A stretch of DNA of 64,000 nt, taken from NCBI RefSeq assembly GCF_009914755.1, contig NC_060931.1, one strand, 5' to 3'. This stretch comes from the human T2T-CHM13v2.0 reference genome, Homo sapiens. How positions within the stretch are numbered: the stretch's first letter is position 1; the number at the start of each line of letters is the position of its first letter. Position numbers and translations under genes: made by a program. The notes below the pieces were generated by a model. The model searched no databases, was not told the DNA's origin, and was given only the letters and a program-made list of their open reading frames with translations. Positions 28,440 to 49,232 of the stretch are shown in pieces.

Positions 28440-29370
28440 TTAAAATTATTTTTCTCTTTTGAGATAACTATAGATTCACATGCAGTGATAAGAATTGATA
28501 CAGAGAGAATACATGTACCTTTTGTCTGGTTTCCCCAGTGGTAACATCTGGCTAAATCATAGTACAATAGCACAACCAGGATATTGACATTGATACAGTT
28601 TAGATACAGAAAATTTATGTCACCACAGGATCTATCATGCTGTCCTTTTGTAGCCAAACCCACTTCTGTCCCATCTCCTCGAAACCTCTAATTTGTTATT
28701 TATTTCTTTCATTTTTGTCATTTCAAGAAAGTTATTTTGACTCAACATATTTCTTTGGAGACACATGCCGATTGTTGTGTGTTTGGATAGATTATTTTGG
28801 TTGCTTTTTATTCTATTGTATGGATATACCACTATTTCTTTAACTATTCATTTATTGAAGGACATCTGGGTTGTTTTCAGTTTGGGGCTATCAGGAATAA
28901 AGCTGCTATAAATATTGTTTTACAAGTTTTTATGTGAACATACATTTTTGTTTCTCTGGGATAAATGCCAGGAGTGTAATTGCAGGGTTGTGCGGTGCTT
29001 GCATGCTTGGTTTTTAAGCAACTGCCAGCCTGTTTCTTAGAGAGCCATTGTTGCTCATCCTTGTCAGCACTTGGTGTTGCCACTATTTTTTATTTTAGCC
29101 ACTTATATAAGTGTATATAAATATGTCGTGGTGGCTTTAATTTGCAATTCGCTAATAGCTAGTGAAGTTGAACATCTTTTCATGTACTTGTTTGCTGTCT
29201 GTATATCCTCCTTGGTGAAATGTCTCTTCGTATGTTTTGCCCATTCTCTAATCAGTTGGTTTTGTTTGTTACTGTTGAGTTTTGAGAATATGCATATATT
29301 ATAGATACTAGTCCTTTATTGGATAATATGGTTTGCAAATATTAATATATTCTTTCTCTCTGTAGCTTTT
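28440..29370 (-). mobile_element. L1MC-type 3' end
   Basis: ttgagataactatagattcacatgcag...tttccccagtggtaacatc; gaaggacatctgggttgttttcagtttggggcta. Confidence 0.8.
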
Positions 29371-31742
29371 AAGACTAGATGTGTCTCTTTATAATTCTTC
29401 ATCAACTACTAATTTTATATGTAGCCCCTATGTAAAGAAAAATTATGGCTCTAACCCCATGGCCTTTAGATTTTTCAAGTCACAGGAGTGAGATTTTTTG
29501 CTCCTATGTGTCTTTTTGGTGAAATCTAAATATGGAAATATACATATGAGTTAATATAAATGATCCAGAAGCTAATAAATTTATCTTTAATTAAAATAAA
29601 TAAATTTAAAGAGGCTTGCAATTACTTCATGTATGTTTAGATGTGCTGGTCATTCACAAAAGAAAACACAAATGTTGGTATGTTAATTCCCTCTGAAGAC
29701 ATCCAAGAAGATCTAACATTGACCCCTCTTCCTTTGTGGTTAGTTGATTAAACATATATTCATCTGTTGCATCTGGCAACTGCAGAAGCCAGTCTGGATG
29801 GGGCTTGCTCAGGGTGAGGTGTAAAGGAATGACTGTGCTTTGCTTTTCTGAGCATCATTAAAATTCAATTTCAAAATTTTATTTTAATAATATGAGGGAC
29901 CAAGCCACTGCCACTGAGAGCAACTATGCCCCCTCCAGTGGCACGGCCACAATGCACCAGGATAGGCCTTCCATGAGCCTGGAAACCAGACTCTCAGGGA
30001 ACCATTCCAGAGTCTGAGGAGAGCCACCACACCCACTGGCACCAGCACTGAGTGTACCATCTGGAAGCCTGGAGAATCGATCTGCCTCAGCCATCACAGC
30101 CAGTGTCCATACAAACCATCAGGAGACTCGAGGACACACCTGCACTACTCACCACTGCCAGCACCTGTGCATGTCATCAGGGAGCCTGGGGGTTGACTTG
30201 TCCTACAAACTGCCTTGGGTATCTACATGTACCATCCAGGAGCCTAGCAACAGGTCTGCCCCTTCCATCACTGCCACTGCTGCCAGCTCCTATGGACATC
30301 ATCCTGGGACTTGAGTATTGATCCATGCTGCTACTACCACCCCCGGCACCCCACATACCACCCAGGGACCCAAGAATCTACTCACCCACCTGTCTTACTA
30401 CTGCCATCATTGGCATTCAAACAAACCACCTGAAAGCCCAAGGACTGACCCACCTGACCCTGCCATCACCGCTGCTCACAAATGCTGCCTAGGGCACAAG
30501 AACTACCCTACCTAGTTTCCTCATTCCCAGAAAAGCCTCTCCATAGCCTCCACTAATACCCACAGCCTACCATTGAAAAACTCAAAGAATACACTGATAC
30601 TGATTACAGCTGAAGAACTCATATGGAGACTATATTACTGTGCCCACTCATAATCAAAGCCAAAGCACCCTACTGAACCAACACTATGTATATCTATAGA
30701 AAAGTCTTTCTTTATGAAAGCCAATCCATAAAATTGGAAGAAATGACTATTACAGCATATGTAGGGATATCAACATAAGGACACAAGAAATATGAAGTAA
30801 GGAAGCATGAGGCCTCCAAAAGAATATAATAATTCTCTAGTAATAAATACCAATGAAAAGAAAATCTGTGAAATGGCTGAAAAAGAATTCAAAATTACTC
30901 TATTAAAGAAACTCAGTGATATACAATGCAGATAAACACAGATAAACAGTACAAAGAAATCAGGAAAGTAATTCACAGTCTAAATGAGAAATACAATAAG
31001 GAGACATGTATCATAAAAAAGAACCAAACAGAAATCTTGAAAGTTAAGAATTCAATAAATAAAATTTAAAAATACAATTGAGAGCTTCAACAACAGACTA
31101 GATCATGTGAGAAGGAATTTGTAATCTTGAAGACAGTTCTTTTGAAATAACCCAGTCAGATTAAAAAAATTAAAGAATTTAAAAAACTGAAGAAACTTTA
31201 CCTCACATATGGGACACCATAAAGCAAATAAGTTATTTAATTATGGGAATTCCAGAAGAAGAATTGAGCAAAGGCATGAAAATCCATTTGGTGAAATAAT
31301 AGCTGAAAACTTCCCAAGTCTTGTAGAAAATATAGACACCTGGATACAGGAAGCTCAGAGATTCCCCAAGTAGATTCAGTGCAAAAAGGTCTTCTCCAAG
31401 GCACATTATAGTCAAACTGTCAGAAGTCAAAGACAAAGAGACAATTCTAAAACTAGCAAAAGAGTTAGGTAAAATGTAAGAGAATACTTTTCAAGTTAAC
31501 AACAGAGTTCTGAGAAAAACTTCACAGGCCAGGAGAGAATGGAATGATATATTCAAAGTGTTTAGGGGGAGAGAAGAACCTTGTCAGCAAAGAATACTAT
31601 ACCTAGCAAAGCATTCCTTTAAAAATGAAAGAGAAATATAGGCTTTCACAGAAAATCAAGAACTAATGGAATTCATCACCACTAGACTGGTGCTACAAGA
31701 AATGCTTAAAGAAGCCCCATATCTGGAAGCAAAATGACATTA

Positions 31743-32154
<412 letters not shown>

Positions 32155-33754
32155 GACAATGACCAAACTATAATGATAAAGAACGAGAGAAAAAGAATGG
32201 AACAAATGATAGAGAAACAATCAAAAAGCAATTACCAAAATGACTGGAGTAAGTTCTCACCTATCAGTAAAAACCTTGAATGCAAATGGATTAAATTCTC
32301 TGCTTAAAAGATGTAGACTGACAACAGATAAACAAACATGACCCAATGATATGCTGTCTTCAAGAAACTCAGTTCATCAGTGAAGACACACATAGAGTGA
32401 AAGTGAAGGGATGGAAAAAGATTTTCCCCTCAAATGGAAGTCAAAAGTGAACAGAAATAGGTGTACTTACATCAGATAAAACAGATTTTAAGTCAAACAC
32501 TATAAAAACAGATAAAGAAGGTCATTATATAATGAAAAAGGAATCAATCCAACAAGAGGGTATAACCAGTTTAAATATATATACATGCAACACTGAAGCA
32601 CCCAGATATATAAAGCAGATATTCTTAGATCTAAAGGAACAGGTAGAATCTAAATCAATAATAATTTGGGACTTCAAAACCCCACTATGGCATTGGAAAG
32701 AACATCTAGACAGAAAATCAACAAAGAAACATTGGATTTAAACTGCACTTTAGGCCAAATGGACCTAACAGACAGTTACAGAACATCTTATGCAACAGTT
32801 GCAGAATACACATTCTTCTCATTAACACATGGAAAATTCTCCAGGATAGACCATGTGTTAGGCCACAAAAGAAGTCTCAACAAAGTTTTAAAAATTAAAA
32901 TAATATCAAGTACCTTCCCAGACCACAATGGAATAAAACTAGAAATCAGTAACAAGTAGAACTTTGAAAACTGTACAAATACATAAAAATTAAACAACAT
33001 GGTCCTGAATGACCAATGGGTCAATAAAATAATTGAGGAAGCATTAAAAATTTCAAGAAGTAAATGAAAATGGAAACACAATGTAACAAAACCTGTGCAA
33101 TACAGCAAAAGCAGTGCCAAGAGGAAGGTTTATAGTAACAAACATCTACATCAAAAAAGTAGAAAGATTTCAAATAAACAACCTAATGATGCACCTCAAG
33201 GAACTAGAAAAGCCAGAACAAACAAAACTCAAAACTAGTAGGAGGGATGAAATAATAAAGATCAGAGCAGAACTAACCAAAATAGAGACAAGAAAAAAGA
33301 AAACGTGAACAAAACACAATGAAACGGAAACTTGGTTTTTTGAAGAGACAAACAAAAGTGATAAACTGCTACCTAGACTACCCCTCTCACAAAAGGGAGA
33401 AGACTGAAATATATAAAACCAGAAATGAAAAAGGATCATTAGAGACTATTATGAACACCTATACAGTAACAAATTAGAAAAACTAAAGAAAATTAATAAA
33501 TTTCTGGACACATGTAACCTATTAAGATTGAACGAGGAAGAAATAGAAAACCTGAACAGACCAATAACAAGTAGCAAGAGTGAATTGGCAATAAAAAGTC
33601 TCCTATCAAAGAAAAACTTAAGACTGAACAGCTTTACTGCTGAATTCTATCAAATTTATAAAGAACTAGCACCAACTTTTCTCAACCTATTCCAAAAAAT
33701 GAAGGAGGATACAATTCTTCCTAAGTCACTCTACAGGGCCAGCATTACTTTGAT

Positions 33755-34066
33755 TTTAAGTTACTTAGCTTGTTTTTGAGACACGGTCTCATTCTGTTGC
33801 CTAGGCTAGAGTGTGGTGGCACGATCATGGCTTACTGCAGCCTTGACCTCCTGGGATCAAGTGATTCTCACACCTCTGCTTCTTGAGTAGCTGGGACTAC
33901 TGGTGTGTGCCACCATTCCTAGCTAATTTTTACAATTGTTTTTAAAGTATAGATGGGCATCTCACTATGTTGCCCAAACTGGTCTCGAACTCCTAGGCTC
34001 AAGCAGTCTGCCTGTGTCAGCCTCACTAAGTGCTTGGCTTACGGATGTGAGCCACTGAACCCAGAC
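33755..34066 (-). mobile_element. AluJ
   Basis: Antisense dimer; TSD CAGC(A/C)TTACTTTGAT at 33740-33754 and 34068-34082. Confidence 0.92.
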
Positions 34067-34633
34067 ACAGCCTTACTTTGATGCCAAAACCAGACAAGGT
34101 CACAACAAAATAGAAAACCGCAGGCCAGTATCCATGAGGAACATAGATGCAAAAATCCTAAACAAATACTGGCAAGCCAAATTCAACAGCAAATCCAAAA
34201 ATAAAATAAAACACCATAAGCAAGTGGGATTTATCTCAGGGATACAAAGATGGTTCGACATATGTAAGTTAATAAATGTGATACATCATATCAACAGAAT
34301 GAAGGACAAAAATCAAAAACCATATGATCATTGCAACAGATACAGAAAAAGCATTTGATAAAATTTAACACCCCTTCCTGATAAAAATGCTCAACATTCT
34401 AGGCATAAAAGAAATATACTTCAACATGGTAAAGGCCATCTATAGCAAACCCACTGCTAACATCATAATGAAGGGAAAATCTGAAAACCTTTCTGTAAGA
34501 AGTGGAACTAGACAAAGATGCCCACTTTCACCACTCCTATTCAACATTGTACTGGAACTCTTAGCCACAGTAATCAGGCAAGAAAAAGAAATGAAAGATA
34601 CTCAAATTGGAAAGGAGGAAGTCAAGTTGTCCC

Positions 34634-34929
<296 letters not shown>

Positions 34930-35416
34930 TGACATAACTTTACATTTAGAAAAACCTAGACTCCACTAAAATCTCTGAAATCTCACAAATTCAGTAAAGT
35001 TGCAGGACGCAATATCATCACAACGTCAGTAGTGTTACTACACACCAATAATGAACTAGCTGGAAAGGAAATAAAAAAAAAACTCCATTTACAAATGCTA
35101 CAAAAAAAAAAACAAAAAAACTCTAGGGATAAATTTAATTAAGGAAGTAGAAGACTTCCAGAAGAAAAATTACAAAACACTGATGAAAGAAATTGGAGAG
35201 AACACAAACAAATGAAAAGACATCCTATGCTCTTGGATTGGAAAAACTAATATTGTCAAAATGATCATAATACCCAAAGCAATCTACAGATTCATTGCAA
35301 GCTTTATTAAAATTTCAATAGCATTTGTCACAAAAATAGAAAAAAAAATCCTAAAATGTGTATGGAACCAAAGAAGAGCCTAAATGGCCAAAGCAATCCT
35401 AAAGAACAAGAACAAA

Positions 35417-35691
35417 GGCTGGCACGGTGGCTCACGCCTCTAATCCCAGCACTTTGGGAGGCCGAGGCGGGCGGATCACAAGGTCAAGAGATCAAGACCA
35501 TCCCAGCAAACATGGTGAAATCCCATCTCTCCTAAAAATGCAAAAATTAGCTGGGTGTGGTGGCGCGTGCCTGTAGCCCCTGCTACTTTGGAAGCTGAGC
35601 AGGAGAATTGCTTGAACCCAGGAGGCAGAGGTTGCAGTGAGCCGAGATTGCCCACTGCACTCCAGCCTGGCGGCAGAGGGAGGCTCCATCT

Positions 35692-35733
<42 letters not shown>
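35417..35733 (+). mobile_element. AluSc-like with about 40-nt pure poly(A)
   Basis: ggatcacaaggtcaagagatcaagaccatcc; TSD AAGAACAAA(G) on both sides. Confidence 0.93.
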
Positions 35734-35737
<4 letters not shown>

Positions 35738-35829
35738 AAAGCTGGATGCACAAAATATCTGACTTTAAAATACATTGCAATCCTAGAGTAAATAAAACTT
35801 CTTGCTGTTTGTATAAAAACAAACACATA

Positions 35830-35945
35830 GGCTGTGCATGGTGGTTCACACCTGTAATCCCAGCAGTCTGGGAGGTGAGGTGGTCAGATCATGGGCCCAG
35901 GAGCTTGAGACCAGCCTGGACAATATAGCAAATCCCAGTCTCTCC

Positions 35946-35976
<31 letters not shown>

Positions 35977-36145
35977 AATTAGCCAGGCATAGTAGCACAC
36001 AGCTGTAGTGCTAGCTACTGGTTGGGGAGCTTAGGCAGGAGGATCGCTTGAGTCTGGGAGAGTGAGGTTGCTGTGAGCAAAGATTGCACCACTGTACTCC
36101 AGCCTGGGTGACAGTGAGAAACTGTCTCTAAAATAAAACAAAACA
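35830..36145 (+). mobile_element. AluJ with expanded central A-linker
   Basis: Dimer with A26 at 35946-35971; imperfect TSD aaaaacaaacacatag / aaaaacagacccatag. Confidence 0.9.
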
Positions 36146-37194
36146 AAAAACAGACCCATAGGCCAATGGAAGAGAATAGAGACCCAGAAATAAACCCATA
36201 TATTTACAACCAACTGATTTTTGACAAAGGTGTCAAGAACATACACTGGGGAAGGACACCTTTCTTAATAAATGATGTGCTGAGAAAATTGTATGTCCCT
36301 ATGCAGAATAATGAGCTGGACCTCTATCTCTCACCATGTACACAAATCAACTTAAATTGGATGAAACACTTAAATATAAGAGTTAAAACTGTTATACTAC
36401 TAGAGGAATAAATAGAGAAAATACTCCAAGACATTGGTCTAGGAGAACACTTTGTGGCTAACACTCTGGAAGCACAGGCAAGAAAAACAAAAAATAGACA
36501 AATGGAATTATGTTAAACTAACAAGCTTCTACACAGCAAAGGAAATAATCAATGGAGTGAAGAGACAACCTCTTGAATGGGAGATGGTATTTTTAGTCAT
36601 TTGATAAGGGATTAATATCTAGAAAATACAAAAAACTCAAACAACTCAACAAAAAACAAAACAAACAAATAAAAAACACAATCCCATTAAAAAATGGGCA
36701 AAGGATCTAAATAGATGTTTCTGAAAAAACAATATACATGGGGCCAACAGGTATATGAAAAATGCTCAATATTACTAATCACCAAGGAAATGCAAATCAA
36801 ATTTACAATGAAATATTATCTTATCCCTGTTAGAATGGCTATTATAAAAACAAAAAAACAAAAAAAGATTCTGGCAAGGATGTAGAGAAAAGGGAACTCT
36901 CATACATTCTTCATGGTAATGTAGATTACTACAGTAATTATGGAAAACAATATAGAAATTTCTTTTTTTTTAAATTTTTTTTATTATGCTTTAAGTTTTA
37001 GGGTACATGTGCACATTGTGCATGTTAGTTACATATGTATACATGTGCCATGCTGGTGCGCTGCACCCACTAACTCATCATCTAGCATTAGGTATATCTC
37101 CCAATGCTATCCCTCCCCCCTCCCCCCTCCCCCCACCCCACCACAGTCCCCAGAGTGTGATATTCCCCTTCCTGTGTCCATGTGATCTCATTGT

Positions 37195-41022
<3,828 letters not shown>

Positions 41023-41085
41023 TATGATGTTAGCTGGTTATTTTGCTCGTTAGTTGATGCAGTTTCTTCCTAGTCTCGATGGTCT

Positions 41086-42102
41086 TTACATTTTGGCATG
41101 ATTTTGCAGCGGCTGGTACCGGTTGTTCCTTTCCATGTTTAGTGCTTCCTTCAGGAGCTCTTTTAGGGCAGGCCTGGTGGTGACAAAATCTCTCAGCATT
41201 TGCTTGTCTGTAAAGGATTTTATTTCTCCTTCACTTATGAAGCTTAGTTTGGCTGGATATGAAATTCTGGGTTGAAAATTCTTTTCTTTAAGAATGTTGA
41301 ATATTGGCCCCCACTCTCTTCTGTCTTGTAGGGTTTCTGCCAAGAGATTCGCTGTTAGTCTGAGGGGCTTCCCTTTGAGGGTAACCTGACCTTTCTCTCT
41401 GGCTGCCCTTAACGTTTTTTCCTTCATTTCAACTTTGGTGAATCTGACAATTATGTGTCTTGGAGTTGCTCTTCTCGAGGAGTATCTTTGTGGCGTTCTC
41501 TGTATTTCCTGAATCTGAACGTTGGCCTGCCTTGCTAGATTGGGGAAGTTCTCCTGGATAATATCCTGCAGAGTGTTTTCCAACTTGGTTCCATTCTCCC
41601 CATCACTTTCAGGTACACCAATGAGATGTAGATTTGGTCTTTTCACATAATCCCATACTTCTTGGAGGCTTTGCTCATTTCTTCTTATGCTTTTTTCTCT
41701 AAACTTCCCTTCTCGCTTCATTTCATTCATTTCATCTTCCATTGCTGATACCCTTTCTTCCAGTTGATCGCATCGGCTCCTGAGGCTTCTGCATTCCTCA
41801 CGTAGTTCTTGAGCTTTGGTTTTCAGCTCCATCAGCTCCTTTAAGCACTTCTCTGTATTGGTTATTCTAGTTATACATTCTTCTAAATTTTTTTCAAAGT
41901 TTTCAACTTCTTTGCCTTTGGTTTGAATGTCCTCCCGTAGCTCAGAGTAATTTGATCATCTGAAGCCTTCTTCTCTCAGCTCGTCAAAGTCATTCTCCAT
42001 CCAGCTTTGTTCCCTTGCTGGTGAGGAACTGCGTTCCTTTGGAGGAGGAGAGGTGCTCTGCGTTTTAGAGTTTCCAGTTTTTCTGTTCTGTTTTTTCCCC
42101 AT
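41086..42102 (-). pseudogene. L1 ORF1, nonsense at codon 49
   Basis: ATG at 42102 (MGKKQNRK), TGA at 41956-41958, remainder open to ...NHAKM; span equals 338 codons plus stop. Confidence 0.95.
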
Positions 42103-42980
42103 CTTTGTGGTTTTATCTACTTTTGGTCTTTGATGATGGTGATGTACAGATGGGTTTTTGGTGTGGATGTCCTTTCTGTTTGTTAGTTTTCCTTCTAACA
42201 GACAGGAACCTCAGCTGCAGGTCTGTTGGAATACCCTGCCGTGTGAGGTGTCAGTGTGCCCCTGCTGGAGGGTGCCTCCCAGTTAGGCTGCTCAGGGGTC
42301 AGGGGTCAGGGACCCACTTGAGGAGGCAGTCTGCCGGTTCTCAGATCTCCAGCTGCATGCTGGGAGAACAACTGCTCTCTTCAAACTGTCAGACAGGGAC
42401 ATTTAAGTCTGCAGAGGTTACTGCTGTCTTTTTGTTTGTCTGTGCCCTGCCCCCAGAGGTGGAGCCTACAGAGGCAGGCAGGCCTACTTGAGCTGTGGTG
42501 GGCTCCACCCAGTTAGAGCTTCCAGGCTGCTTTGTTTACCTAAGCAAGCCCGGGCAATGGCGGGCGCCCCTCCCCAAGCCTCGCTGCCGCCTTGCAGTTT
42601 GATCTCAAACTGCTGTGCTAGCAATCAGCGAGACTCCGTGGGCATAGGACCCTCTGAGCCAGGTGCGGGGTATAATCTCGTGGTGCGCCATTTTTTAAGC
42701 CGGTCCGAAAAGCGCAATATTCAGGTGGGAGTGACCCGATTTTCCAGGTGAGTCCGTCACCCCTTTCTTTGACTCGGAAAGGGAACCCCCTGACCCCTTA
42801 TGCTTCGCGAGTGAGGCAATGCCTCGCCCTGCTTCGGCTCGCGCACGGTGCGTGCACCCACTGACCTGTGCACACTGTCTGGCACTCCCTAGTGAGATGA
42901 ACCCGGTACCTCAGATGGAAATGCAGAAATCACCCGTCTTCTGCGTCGCTCACCTTGGGAGCTGTAGACCGGAGCTGTTC
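42103..42980 (-). promoter_or_regulatory. L1 5'UTR (sense and antisense promoter, CpG-rich), lacking the first approximately 25-30 nt
   Basis: Most CpG-dense stretch in the window; ends at ggagctgttc directly against the TSD. Confidence 0.9.
42557..42751 (+). CDS. L1 ORF0 (antisense ORF), 64 aa, slightly C-terminally truncated
   Basis: MAGAPPQASLPPCSLISNCCASNQRDSVG...VTRFSR* matches primate L1 ORF0. Confidence 0.8.
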   Translation: MAGAPPQASLPPCSLISNCCASNQRDSVGIGPSEPGAGYNLVVRHFLSRSEKRNIQVGVTRFSR

Positions 42981-43007
42981 TAGAAATTTCTTTAAAAACT
43001 AAAAATA

Positions 43008-47792
<4,785 letters not shown>

Positions 47793-49127
47793 AAAAACTA
47801 AAAATAGAACTACCATATAATCCAGCAATCCCACTATTGGGTATTTATCTAAAGGAAAGGAAATCAGTATATAAAGGGATGCATGCAGCCTCAGGTTTAT
47901 GGCAGCATTGTTCACAATAGCCAAGATATGGAATTAATCTTAGTGTCCATCAATGGATGAATGGATAAAGAAAATGTTGTATAGTTACACAGTGGAATGC
48001 TATTTGGCCATAGGAAAGAAGGAAACTCTGTTATTTGCAGCACCATGGATAAAGCTGGAGGACATTATGTTAGGTGAAATAAGCCAGGCACAGAAACACA
48101 AATATCACATATTTTCACTAATCTATGGAAGTAAAAATAGTTGATCTCATGGAAGTGAAGAGTAGGATGATGGTTACCAGAAGATGGGAAGAGTGGATGT
48201 GGGGAGTGAAGAGAAGCTGGGTGCAAACATACAACTAGTTGGAAGGAATAAGTTCTGATACTGTATAGCACAATAGGGTGACTATAGTGAATAATAATTT
48301 CATGTTTATTTCAAAGTGGCTTGAAGAGAAGATTTGAAATAGTCCCAACACATAGAAATGATACATGTTTGAGATTATGGATATCATAAATACCCTGATT
48401 TGATTATTACATATTGTATGTATATATGTACAATTATTAAGTATCAATTAAAAATGGAAAATCATATTACAAAGAACCGAAGAAAGATGCAACAACATAG
48501 CTCATTTGAATCAGCTTATCCTGGGCAGGTCCATCCTGTTGAAGTTGACTTCTAGATATAGCCCTGCTGGGCCTCTCAGGCTGTCCAAAATATTCTTTTG
48601 AAAACATAACTGCTGTAAGGTTAAAAAATTCCATATATATGATATTGATATATGACTATGATATTCATCATAGTCAGGGTTCTTATTTTTTAGCGTGACT
48701 GTCTTCCTGCTTTTTCAAGTGCTTTAATGGACAGTGATTACTTGTTGAGGACACCATGGGTATCTATAGCTCTAATGTGTAAAAAATAAGGATTTCATGA
48801 ATCATAACAGTGGGGTTTTAAATTTGTTTTTTAAAGACATTGAAGTGTTTCTATGTAGAATTTATATTTCTTCAAAGGCAATGTGTTTTTGCCATCAGTA
48901 CTCCTGGTATATGCTGCCAATGAGTTTTGAAGACCAAATTTCCATTTTAATAAGATCTTGTTTGGAAAGAATTAGAACTTTTTTGTTTATTTGTTAGCTT
49001 TTTGTTTCTAGAAATATATGTTTAGAACCATGTGGAACGGCGATGTGTCATTAAAAGTCATTGTGTACTAAGTAACATTATATTTAGTATTTTCTTCATC
49101 ACAGCAGCTTGGCCAAATTTTTGTGTT

Positions 49128-49232
49128 GTGTGTGTGTGTGTGTGTGTGTATGTGTGGGTATAAATGCATATTAACACACACATATATACATAAACATATA
49201 TATATATACACATACATACAATGAATATATAT
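49128..49232. repeat. (TG)n followed by (CA)/(TA) repeat
   Basis: tgtgtgtg...tatatatacacatac. Confidence 0.9.
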
